Of a stretch of DNA of 61,085 nt, positions 37,501-47,300 are shown piece after piece (position 1 is the stretch's first letter; every line of letters begins with the position of its first letter). The position numbers and the translations under genes are program-made. Origin of the DNA: Rhizaria sp. SCN 62-66 (taxonomy: Eukaryota); contig MEDY01000036.1 of NCBI GenBank assembly GCA_001724265.1, positions 124,001 through 185,085 on the forward strand, written 5' to 3'. The notes beneath the pieces are model-generated. The model saw only the letters and a list, made by a program, of their open reading frames with translations, ran no database searches and had not been told where the DNA came from.

Positions 37501-40500
37501 CGCGAGGCGCGCGTGGAGCCCCGCGGCAACCTTCTTGAGGCGCGCCCAGTCCTCGGGCGTCGCGCGCGCGGCCAGCTCGGTCCGCAGCGCGCGCGCGTCG
37601 GCCTCGAACTTCTCCGTGCGCCGCACCACGCGCGCCAGATGCTCCTGCACGCCGTCGAACTGCGCGACGCGTGCGCGCAGGGCGGCGACCTCGCCGCGCG
37701 CCTGCTCCAGCTCCGCCGCGGTGGGCCGGCGCTCGAGTGCGGCGGCCTGAGCCGAGACGCGGGCCAGGCGGTCCGTCAGCGCCGCGGTCTCGGACGCGCG
37801 CGCCGTTGCCTCTGCGGCGGCCGCGGCCTCTGCGGCGGCAGCGCGGCGCTCGGTGGCCTGGAGGTGGTCGAGCAGCTCGTCAGCCTTGTCCCGCAGCTCC
37901 TGGCTCGCCGCGACCGAGGGCCGCTCGTCCAGTGCCGTCTGCAGCATCACCAGGCGCTCGCGCAGCGCGGCGACCTCCTCGCTCTCAGGCCGCTGCGGCT
38001 GCGCGGGCGACCTCGGACCCGGGCGGCCGACGAACTCGAGCAGACGCACCTCCAGCTCGTGCGCGCGCTTGCGCACGGCGGCCAGCTCGTCCGCGCTGGG
38101 CCGCTCGCTCAGCTGCCGCGCCAGCGCGCGATTCTCGCTCTCGAGCTGCTGCACGCGGGCCTCGGTGGCCGCGGCTTCGGCGGTGGCGCGCGACGAGTGC
38201 TGCAGCGCGGTCATGCGCGCTACGGCGGCCTCGTCCGCGGCGGCCGCCAGCTCGGCGCGGCGCTGCGCCCACTCCTCCTGCGACGGCCGCGACAAAAGGT
38301 CCTGCTTGAGCTCGAACACGGCCTGCTCCAGCTCGCGCACGCGCGTGCGGTCCTCCTTGAGTGCGGCCTCGAGCGTCGCCGTCTCCTCGGCGTGCGCGCT
38401 CACCCTCGACGCCGCAGCCTCCTTCTCGCGTGCCAGCGCGTCCTGGACGGCCTTAACGTCCTCGAGCGTCGGCCGCGTCGCCAGCCGCGACTCAAGCTCG
38501 GCTACGAGCCGCTCCTGCTGCCGCAGCCGCGCCGTGACGGCCGCCAGCTCGGCCTCGCGCCCTGCGCCCGTGCGCACCTGTTCGCGCAGCGCCTCCATCA
38601 CCGTCCGCTCCTGCTTGCGCGACGCCGCCTCCTCGCGGAGCAGCTTGACGTCGCCGGTCAGCGCGGCGGCGCGCTCCCGCGCCTCGGCCAGCTCGCTCGC
38701 CGCGCGCCGCGCCGCGGCGTCGGCCGCGTGGCGCGCCGCGTCGGTCTCGGCGCGCGCGTCGGCCAGCTCCTGCGCGGTCGGGCGCGCCGAGAGCTCGGCC
38801 CGGACGGCCGTGAGGTCGCTCGCCGCGCGCGCCAGGTCTGCCCGCAGCGACGCAGAGGTCGAGTCGACGGCATCGAGCCGCGCCGCGAGCGCAGTCTTGG
38901 CCTGCGCGGCGGCGGCTTTTGCCATGGCGACCTGGCTGCGGAGCGCCTCGACGGCGCTGGCCTCGGGCCGCGCGGCGAGCTGCACCTTGAGCGCCGTGGC
39001 CTCGGCCTCGGCGGCCTGTGCGCGGCGCTGCGCCTCGGCCACGGCGGCGGCCAGGCGCGCGCGCTCCGTCTCGGCGGCCGCGCGCTCAGCCGCTGAGGCG
39101 GCGCGGAGCTCTGTGATGATGTCGCCCACGTCGCCCATAGCGCCCGCGCCGCCAGAGGCGGCTAGGTCGGCGCGCAGCGCGGCGTTGTCAGCCTCGGCGA
39201 CGGCGAGCTTGCGGCGCAGCGCGTCCGTCTCCTCCTTGCCGTGGGCGCGCGCCTGCGCGGCCGAGAGCTGCGCGTCGCCGGCGTGTTTGTTGAGCGCGTG
39301 AACGACACTCGTGGCGACGGCCATGTCGCCCGCGCGCGGCCGCAGCGACAGCTCCGCCTCGGCGCGCGCGGCGCGGGCCTCAACCTCTGCGAAGCGCTCG
39401 GCCCAGCGCTGCTCCGCGGTGGCGAAGTCGGCCGCGACGGCGCAGAGCCCGCGGTCCGTGGCCGCGAAGTTCTCGCTCACGATGGCGAACTCCTTGGTCA
39501 GCGCGTCCAGCTCAGACTGCACGGCCGCGGCCGCGCGCCGGCCCTGGCGCTCGGCACGGGCTACTGCGCCGTCCAGCTCGCGCGACTCGGACTCAGTGGC
39601 GCGCAGCTGGGCTTCGAGCTCGACAGCGCGCGCCATCGCCACGGAAAGCGCGGTGCCGGCGTCGTTGCGCGCGTTGAGCTGCATCGTTAGCGACGCGATG
39701 CCCTCCTGCGCGCGCGTCCACTGCGTGACTGTGGGCAGCGACTCGAGCGCCGCGCGCTGCTGCTCACAGTCGCCCTGCGCACGCACGAGATCAGAGCGCA
39801 GTCGGGCGTTCTCGGTTGTCGCGAAGTTGAGCCGCGTGGCCAGTGTCGCTTCGCGCTGACGGGCGGCGTCAAAGGCGCGCTGCAGCGCGGCGTTGCCGGT
39901 GCTGGAGGTCGAGCTCGAGCTGCTGCTGTCGCCAGTAAACAGCGACGAAGACGAAGACGAGGACGGCGAGTAAGGCACACGGCTGGGACGCTTATTAGCA
40001 ACACTTGCAGCGTTGTTGCTGGTCTTTGCAGCGCTGGCAGGAGCACGGATGGAAGAGACTGCGGAGAAGCCCGACTGCGAGCTGTCACTGCTGCTCGTCT
40101 CAGCATCAACGCCGTTGCCATTGCCATTGATCTGGGCGCAGTTACCACAGTTGTTGCTGCCCTCGCCGGAGCTCGAGCTGCTGTTTTCGCAGTCGCAGTA
40201 GCCATTGTTGCCGGCGAAAGGTACGCTATCATCATCCTCGCTGCTGCTACTATTGTTGCCATTGTGACTCGGGTACTCAGCATTGGCAGCGCCGGTCGCG
40301 GCGTTCGCAGCCGCAACTGCAGCCGCCATGGTCGCAACGGCTGCGGCGACAACCGGGTCAGCGTGAGTGTCATCGCAATCGCTGAGACCGGAGACAGGAC
40401 CGTCGTCGTCGGGGTTGTTATTGTTGTTGTACTGCGCAAGCGATGCCTCAACTTCGCTGAGCGAGCTAGAGCTGTCGCTGTTGCCGCCGCCATTGCCATG

Positions 40501-41712
40501 AAGCTCACTGCCAGTCACGCCCACGGTGTCGGCGCCGTAGTGGGGGAGAAACGCGTTGCTGGCGGCCATCACAGCGGCAGCCGTGGCAGGCATTGACCGT
40601 GGGACAGACGAGGCCGCGGCCGAGACGTGGCTGCGCGGCGAGAGCGCGCGCGCGTGAGCGGTCACGGCGGCGGCGACGTCGGGGTTGGCGTGCAGCGCTG
40701 CGAGCGCGGCCGCGGTGTCGCCGGCGACGGAGACGGAGCCGTCGCCGGTGACGTCGTAGCCCCCGGCCGCAGCAGCGCCAGCAGCAGAGGCATCAATGAC
40801 GTTGTGAGCGGGCAGCGCGGGGACGGAGCTGGAGTCGGCGAGGGCGGCGGCGGCAGCGGCATCGAAGGCGTTGCGCGCCGCAATAGCAGAATCCTCGTCC
40901 TCCTCGTTATCAGCAGAACCAGCAGCAGCTCCAGCGCCAGCGGCGGTGTTGTTGGCATAGATGTTGGCGTAGCCGTACGCGTTGTTGTCGTCATCAGCGT
41001 CGTAGAAGGCAATGCCACTATAGTTTTCGCCTGAGCCAGTAGCATCGGCGCCGTTGCCAGTAAGCGCGACTGTGGGCTCGGCAGCGGACGTGGAGGTGGC
41101 GGCACCGGCGACGGCGCGCAAGCGAGACAACTCCAGGTCGGGCGAGCCGGGAGCCTCCGCAGCCACAGAGCCAGCGCGCGGGGGCGTGGTGGGGGCGACG
41201 CTGCTGCCGTTGCTCTGGTACTGTGACTCGGAGCGGGTGTTCGCCGCGTTGGTGTTGTTGCGGTTGATGTAGGTGTCGAACGAGGTCGACTCGTCGCTCG
41301 CGTAGCCGTGCGCAAATGTCGGCGACTGCAGCCCGTTAAACACGGCCGCCACAGGCAGCGACGGCATGTTGGCGGCACTGTTCGCGTTGACGCCTGCGTT
41401 CGCGGTGGCGTTTGTGGGGGCGAGATCGACGCTGACTTCGAAGGAGCGGTCAACGCCGGAGTGGGAGAAACTCACCTCTGCGTCCAGCGGGGTAGACGCG
41501 GCCTCACCGGGGGCAACCACAGTATCGGCGCCCGCGGGCTGTGGGTGAGCGTTGGCGGCGAGGGCCGGGTCCGCGGAGACCTCGTTGGAGGACGGGCGGG
41601 AGCGGCGCGCGGCCGCCAGAGAGGCGTCCATGGTCTCCACCATACGCTCGGTTTCACGGACGAGCTCGGAGAGAGACTCCATGCGCTTGCCTTGCGGCGT
41701 CTGGGAAGACAT
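34534..41712 (-). CDS. CEP70: Large (~2392 aa) intronless coiled-coil protein with a CEP70-like C-terminal domain; stop TAA
   Basis: Long heptad-rich region, then VVTHVQQLFAVTAPGGVIPKLNEVYLFTSQTQVALALLRDMLRL (about 35940-36130), which resembles the CEP70 C-terminal signature (HFQKLFDV..GV.P.MNEVY) as recalled. ATG at 41712 inferred. Confidence 0.65.
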   Translation of the reverse strand: MSSQTPQGKRMESLSELVRETERMVETMDASLAAARRSRPSSNEVSADPALAANAHPQPAGADTVVAPGEAASTPLDAEVSFSHSGVDRSFEVSVDLAPTNATANAGVNANSAANMPSLPVAAVFNGLQSPTFAHGYASDESTSFDTYINRNNTNAANTRSESQYQSNGSSVAPTTPPRAGSVAAEAPGSPDLELSRLRAVAGAATSTSAAEPTVALTGNGADATGSGENYSGIAFYDADDDNNAYGYANIYANNTAAGAGAAAGSADNEEDEDSAIAARNAFDAAAAAALADSSSVPALPAHNVIDASAAGAAAAGGYDVTGDGSVSVAGDTAAALAALHANPDVAAAVTAHARALSPRSHVSAAASSVPRSMPATAAAVMAASNAFLPHYGADTVGVTGSELHGNGGGNSDSSSSLSEVEASLAQYNNNNNPDDDGPVSGLSDCDDTHADPVVAAAVATMAAAVAAANAATGAANAEYPSHNGNNSSSSEDDDSVPFAGNNGYCDCENSSSSSGEGSNNCGNCAQINGNGNGVDAETSSSDSSQSGFSAVSSIRAPASAAKTSNNAASVANKRPSRVPYSPSSSSSSSLFTGDSSSSSSTSSTGNAALQRAFDAARQREATLATRLNFATTENARLRSDLVRAQGDCEQQRAALESLPTVTQWTRAQEGIASLTMQLNARNDAGTALSVAMARAVELEAQLRATESESRELDGAVARAERQGRRAAAAVQSELDALTKEFAIVSENFAATDRGLCAVAADFATAEQRWAERFAEVEARAARAEAELSLRPRAGDMAVATSVVHALNKHAGDAQLSAAQARAHGKEETDALRRKLAVAEADNAALRADLAASGGAGAMGDVGDIITELRAASAAERAAAETERARLAAAVAEAQRRAQAAEAEATALKVQLAARPEASAVEALRSQVAMAKAAAAQAKTALAARLDAVDSTSASLRADLARAASDLTAVRAELSARPTAQELADARAETDAARHAADAAARRAASELAEARERAAALTGDVKLLREEAASRKQERTVMEALREQVRTGAGREAELAAVTARLRQQERLVAELESRLATRPTLEDVKAVQDALAREKEAAASRVSAHAEETATLEAALKEDRTRVRELEQAVFELKQDLLSRPSQEEWAQRRAELAAAADEAAVARMTALQHSSRATAEAAATEARVQQLESENRALARQLSERPSADELAAVRKRAHELEVRLLEFVGRPGPRSPAQPQRPESEEVAALRERLVMLQTALDERPSVAASQELRDKADELLDHLQATERRAAAAEAAAAAEATARASETAALTDRLARVSAQAAALERRPTAAELEQARGEVAALRARVAQFDGVQEHLARVVRRTEKFEADARALRTELAARATPEDWARLKKVAAGLHARLAQADAEAAASVEALAAAKKEAAAHGEDAAALRGERESAQRARAARDSEVSELVTTMSDEIAALRSEVARARSERAADVAAAEAATRDAEAEAAALRAALTKVDAECARAAEELSRLPSEREWARARRKLAAAVAEAAEAAGRAAAAQDAAAAALARALAAEDELRSRPTMADVALADEVVAKLRAEVATLRGNIAEREGELGCTRAAFEEYRARTDAALSAARTQAAAATAAAATAGNVVEVRVPAGAAGNSLGGSPLAPRKPAEAFFVPLRDGNGVHVAALRNCSPALQASVARLSAGELATTVGSVAAALGLDDASAVAPTAARLAAAIPALQRKIRELSATARASNAACCECKTLPVTLNTNANGNANANANMISTSAVPAAVAPATAVTGPGGRAALVEDVYSKVYAELQRVFGTGAVAAWTATDLLAAVGTLLTSPVRATVAGSAGALSAADAAAVVTHVQQLFAVTAPGGVIPKLNEVYLFTSQTQVALALLRDMLRLTERAPLGTVVAAVRDLVLLINNKVSAGGSNDSSLSSGNSSDANTDAAGTAAAKSSSKSAGNAYDNKDDVAFIPARAAMGPHGVAFDITFANATAPHPSARPHHQYGAAHASAHAHASAAGNSSAGTRPATAGSRAAAHAAGAAPAAAPAHVAFADVSSSTSASSSSGLTDGNSSGSVSGTGGYYSYSPPAAAVTGVPSAEPATETVGFGADSNDFLISNNANSNGADGNLTNDNDSAASFSGLSDVTLTQQQPTITVTAAGTANNTTHHNTTAPGAGSGSRPYAVGSSPSRVAHAPRTGNGATVNANNAGAAADTEASASANNNLSDIDSKLAAIAANLTYTRPFTANSNNSAAPAAPLPKFDDDSDAAVLTGRSDAGAGFGALSSVGDDVDNAGDTENVNDGNDDAAAFDTVAPAAAAPAAVADGNEFEDEEDGQPQQQHFANPGSDSSAALDMTDSAYNAEPEPVTQAKDDAAAAASPADEGI

Positions 41713-42104
41713 AGTTTCGCAAGGACTGCCAAGGGGATGTGTGGGAGTGGAAGGTTCGAGTGGTCGGCAGACTGGAAAAGTGTCGAAGCTGAGAGGTTCA
41801 GCAAGAGGTGAAACGACCAGGAAAATATGAGCCCAACAATCTTTAATTGAAAAATTATAATAAATATAGCAGGCAATTTTGAAACATTCTGTGTGCATTC
41901 AAATTGATGATCAGATTGACGCATACTGGATCGAAACGAAGCGCCGTCGATCAGTCCACAACGGTCACTTTTCCATTTTTGCCGGTTCGTAAAAAACTGA
42001 TAGAGGAGCGAGCGACGGAGCGGCGGCGGAGAGAGATGAGGGTCCAAGTGCCGACTTGATCTCTTTTGCTCTTCGACTCAGGACATCCGTTGGCGCGATT
42101 GTAG
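41713..42104. promoter_or_regulatory. Probable bidirectional promoter between the CEP70-like and CK2 alpha genes
   Basis: 392 nt between divergent start codons. No specific element identified. Confidence 0.35.
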
Positions 42105-43554
42105 ATGGCCGACCTCGGTTTTGTGCGTCCTGTTTCTATCGCTCGCGTTCATGCAGCGGTCAACAAGCGTCGTCCTTCCTCCTACTGTACGTCTTAATTC
42201 CTTCTCTCGTCCCTCAGCAACCTCCACTCGTCTCTGCTTCTCTTGTACTACGTACTGTGCCATATCATCACCCTGCCTCAACAGAATGCATCGTTGCACC
42301 ACTTTATTACCCATCAATGATGCTACTCACATCTGCGGCTCCTTCATATCCGAACACTATCCTCGCTTTATCCCCATCCCGGCACTCGCGCCCTTGCCCA
42401 CTGTATTATCGCCCTTGCTCACAGGGGACTATGAGAACCACGTGATCGAGTGGCGCTCGCCGAACGACTACGAGACGGCGCGCAAGATTGGCCACGGGCG
42501 CTACAGCGAAGTGTTCGACTCGTACAACTGCACGACGCAGGAGCGCTGCGTGATCAAGGTCCTCAAGCCGATCAAGAAGCGCAAAATCCGTCGCGAGGTC
42601 AACATCCTGCGCAACCTCTGCGGCGGACCCAACATTATCCGCTTGCTGGACTGCGTGCGCGACCCGGTGACGAAGACGCCCGCGCTGGTGTTTGAGCACG
42701 TCGCCAACACGGCGTGGAAGACGGCCGTGGAGAAGATGACCGACAACGACATCCGCTTCTACATCCACGAAGTCGCGCGCGCGCTGGCCTACGCGCACTC
42801 GCAGGGCATCATGCACCGCGACGTCAAGCCACAGAACATCATGTTCGACCTCCCGCACCGCCGCGTGCGCCTGATCGACTGGGGGCTAGCCGAGTTCTAC
42901 CACGCGGGTGTCGAGTACAACGTGCGCGTGGCGTCGCGCTACTTCAAGGGCCCCGAGCTGCTGGTGAATCTGCGCGACTACGACTATTCGCTCGACACTT
43001 GGTCGCTGGGCTGCGTGCTTGCGGGGCTCATCTTCCGCCGCGACAACTTCTTCATGGGCAAGGACAACGTCGACCAGCTCGTCGAGATCGCCAAGGTGCT
43101 GGGCACTGAGGGTCTGACTAAGTACCTGCGTAAGTACTCGCTGGAGCTCGACCCCGACTTCAACGGGCTGCTGGGGGACTACCCGCGCAAGCCGTGGTCC
43201 AAGTACGTCGACGCGCAGAACGCGCACTTGGCGACAGCCGACGCGCTCGACCTGTTGTCCAAGATGCTGCGCTGGGACCACCAGCAGCGCCTCACCGCCG
43301 CCGAAGTTATGGCGCATCCCTACTTCGACCCGATCCGCGAGGAGGCCGCCGAGCGCGCGCGCGCCGTGGCCGCCGACGAGGCCGCGCGCGGCATGCCTGC
43401 GCTGGTACCCGCGCCCAAGGAGGCTGACGACGACTCGGAGGCCACGCTCGCCGCCGCCTTCGCGCGCGTTGCGGCGTCCAAGGCTGAGGACGAGGAGGAC
43501 GGCGACAACGGACAGACGGCGGCGGAGGACAACAACGGCGCCGAGGAGGCGTGA
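42105..43554 (+). CDS. CSNK2A: Casein kinase II catalytic (alpha) subunit. Exons 42105-42186, 42425-43554; stop TGA
   Basis: [55 protein letters not shown] (basic cluster), HRDVKPQN, the CK2-specific DWG, and [16 protein letters not shown]. Intron 42187-42424 GTACGT...CAG. Confidence 0.95.
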
Positions 43555-44360
43555 ACGAATGAAAACAAGCCTGATAGTACGCTATCATCTTAGTTTGTTC
43601 ATTGAATGATCTATTGAGTGTTTTTCTTGCTGGAAGGGTCGTGTATTTGTTTGCAGTGCGTCGGGCCAGGGCTCTTGTTATCTTTTCCGTCGAGGAAATG
43701 CATTGGTCAATGAATACATACGCTTTTATAACTAACGAGTTTAGACAAGCCAGTAGATGTATGTTTTTCCATTTGAAAATTGAACCAATTTGGTCTTGTT
43801 CATGTGCTGTTCGCATAATATATGTGTGGATTGTGTGACTGTGGTTGCTTTGTTTTTGTGGTGGTGGGCGAGGGGTACCAATCTACTGGTAACTCGGGGA
43901 TTCCCCGATCACTCTCGTGCACGCCGGGTACATCATAGTATAGTATAATTATACGTTGCAAGTAGACTAAGCATACTAACCAACTTCTTTTATGTGTTCA
44001 ACGCGCGAAGCAACTTGTATTTGTATCTGTAATAGTTCTATCCGTCTGACCCTCTTGCCTCAACGTCTTTGACCATCCTACTGCCCCTTTCTGATGGCTT
44101 TCTCTTGCATACTCTCTCTGTTTTCGTTTGCGACGCGTAGGACACTGTTTGTTAGGACTTGTACTACAACCTCACTTTGTTCACCTCCTTTGGAGGCCCT
44201 TTCATAACTTTCCACGGGGTTCCGCCCCCAACCCACTTGTCTTGTCCCACCGCAACTGGATCTCGCTTCTCGCTGCTCTGGGACCCCAGATCAGTTCAGT
44301 AACGTCAAACCTTTCACTCGCGCGTCTGTTTCTAGCTAACAGCCTGCACTAGACCGTTTT

Positions 44361-47300
44361 ATGCTGCGTCTTCGTCGTTTGAGTCGCAACGCGGCAGCTG
44401 CAACTGCAGTCAAGGCCACCGCAACAGTGCTCTCAACGACCACTGCCTCCACTGTCTCAAGCTCCAGCGGTATCTCCATCTCAACTGATGCATACAACAC
44501 AGCGGAGTCTGGTCCGAATGCGCACTATGCGCGCAGGGCTGGACTGTCCCGGGGCTATAGTCGTAGCTTGCAGTCTCAATCACTGATACTCCAGCACAAA
44601 CACCACTCGCACTCACTCTCACAGGCGCTTGCTCAGTCACCGTCGACGTCACAGGCACAGGAGCTGGAGCAGGTGCCGCTGTCGCAGCTGCACTTGCGCA
44701 TGCAGCGGCAATTGCAGCAGCAAGAGCTCCAACAATACCGCCATACTGCTCGCGCGAGCGTCAGTGACCCGACTGTTGCGGCGACGTGTTATGGCCCTGC
44801 ACTGCCCTCTGGTCCCGTGTCGGCAGCGACCGCATTCACAGCCAGTGCAAGCTCCAGTGTGGCAGTGAACAGCAATGGTAGTCGCAGGTTTGCGAGCACG
44901 TACGCGACCACCGACTCAGCCTCAGTCCCTGCTCAGACCTCCGCCGCTGCGGCTGGCGCTGCTGCTTCTGTCGCTTCCGGTAGTACTGCTTATCACCACA
45001 GCCACAGTCTCAGCCTGCACAGCCACAGCCACAGCATGAACACTCTCCACGGCACCCACAGCATCCACAGTCAAAGCGCCAGTCTTCACACCGGCCACAG
45101 TGGCCCCCCGTCTCCTTATTATAGCGACGCTGTGTTGCCGTCGCTGTCGCTGGCCGAGCGCCGCGCGCTGCTGCCGTACCTCGCCGCAGCGCTGTCTGCC
45201 CCTGCGCCCACTGCGGAGGCAGCCTTGTCTCCGATGTCGAGTGAGGATGGCTCAAGTCTAGCTGCTTCAAACAACAGCGACGCTCAAGCTAGCGCGATAG
45301 TTAATGATGAGTCTCACCTCTCACAACACGCGCTTGCAACCAGCAGTCGCCAACCAGACGCAACTGCTCGCGCCGATAGCCCCCACGGCCACCCCGTCAG
45401 CCACACTCACGACGACAACAAAGGCGACGGCGAGGACGAAAGCCACGACGCCGCCCACAGTCACGCGCGCAGCCACGGCTTCAGCAGCGGCGCGAGCAAG
45501 CGCGGCCGCCGCGTGCTTTCGCTGCCATTCTCCCCGCCGTCCCCGCGCCTCGCCACCGTGGCGCGCGCCGCCGCCACGTCCGTGAACCTGTACCTAAGTC
45601 AGGCCGCTTCGTACCCACTGCTGCCGCCGCTGCAGCGCAGCTCGCGCCGCCGCGCCCGCGCCCGCGCGCGGGCCAACGCGATTGCTGCGGCGGCAACTGA
45701 CGTGCTGTCGTTCCATCTCTTGCCACCGCTGCTGCCGCCTCTGTTCCCCCCTGCAACAACAACGGCGTCAACGGCGGCTGCTGCTGCGAATAGCAGCACT
45801 GCTGCTGGGTCGAGCGTCTCATCGGCTGTCGGCACTGCTACTGCCGGCGTTGGAGCTGCTGACGCCGCCGCGGCCAATACCGCCGCCATTGCTGCCGCCG
45901 CCGAGGCTGCTGCGCTGTGGGACGGCGGCGGCCGCGGACTGCCGCTGTCGCCGCGCCTGGTCCCCGAGGCCGCCGCCGACGCCGCCGCGGACGCTGTGGC
46001 CGTGCAGCGCGTGAACCGGCGTGTGGCGCGGCTGCTGCGGCGGGCGCGGCGCGCGCTCAGGACCGGCGGGCGCGCGGGGTAGCGCGCCGCGGCGGCGACG
46101 GCGGCGGCGGAGGCTGCGGAGGAAGAGGAGGAAGAGGAAGTCGCCGCCGAGGCCGAGGCTGAGGCGGAAGCTGAGGACGGTGGTGACCACAACGCCAGCG
46201 CTGCGACCGCTGCTGCTGCTCGTGAGGGCAACGCGCTGACCGCTACCGGCACTGCTGCTGGCGCTGCTGAGGGCGGTCTCGCTACTGCTGAGAAGGAGCA
46301 CTGGCAGGTGACGGAGGGCTACGACGAGCACGGTGAGCTGTCGCCTGATTCGCTCACGACCAGCGCACACAACAACGCTCAGACCAAGAAGAAGATTACC
46401 GAGGGCAGCACCGAGACCAAGACAGACCTTAGCACTGCTCGCAGTGACGACAATGCAGATGCTGCTTCTGGCGACTTAGCTGATGACGAGGCTGAGATTG
46501 CTGCTGTTTCGACGAAGAAGACGCAAGCTAATGGCAGCATTGCAGCGAGACTGAAGCCTCGTTTGGGTGCGGACGTTCAGCCGCACAAGAAACACGGCCA
46601 CACCCACAGCAACAGCCACCACGGGACTGCGCCGACACACGGCTCGATCCACAATCCCAGTCACGGCCACATTCACGGCCACAGCCACGGTGGTCATGGA
46701 CGCAATGTGCTGAAGGCCGACCGCGCCGCTGCCGCCGCCGCGGCTGCTGCAGTTGATCGTACCACCACCGCCGCGACTGCAGCGGGTACTGCGACCGCTG
46801 CGGATGCCGCTGCCACTAAGACTGCGGCCAACGTGGGCACAACGGCCCCCGCACCCCGCCGGCTCGCAGTCACGGTCAACAGCTTCCTTGAGCGCGCCAC
46901 CGCGGCCGCCGCAGCCTCCGCCTCCGCCGCGGCTGCCGCTTCGGCCTCCGCCGCCGCGGGCCGCGCGCGGTCCCGGGCCAGCGCCGCTACTGCCGCTGCT
47001 TCAGCCGCGGCGACGACCGCGACGAGCTCCCGCGCGCTTGCCAAGTCAGGCGTTGCGGGGGCTGCTAAGGAGGACGACAACGTGTCGACCTCGCCCTCAT
47101 CGTCTTCTAGGTACGGTTGATTGTTCTCAACATGATTTGTCATTTGATATCGATCTTTGTTATTTTCAATGTTTTCTTGAATTGATTTCTTAACACTCAC
47201 ACGTTTTTTGTCGCTTCGTTTTTTCTTGTATGATGTGTCACGAAACTCTTAGTTGGAGTTCAAGCAGCAGCAGCGACAGCGACGGCCCGTACTACTCTCT

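Noticed and set aside
1-41712. Functional cluster of cilium/centrosome genes (RAB23, OSCP1, CEP70-like)
   Set aside because: They are interspersed with unrelated genes. This suggests a flagellated organism but not a cluster.
42121-42424. Long N-terminal extension of CK2 suggested by the 477-aa ORF
   Set aside because: Mostly a stop-free intron (42187-42424). Splicing from the exon at 42105-42186 restores the conserved ARV...Y-WDYE N-terminus.
46060-46100. A small intron (GT at 46079) or pseudogenisation as explanation for the TAG
   Set aside because: GTAGCG does not fit the local GTACG donor consensus and the region is GC-rich, unlike all other introns. No frameshifts or other stops were seen in about 11.6 kb of CDS, and both HKD motifs are intact. 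Not fully excluded without RNA data.
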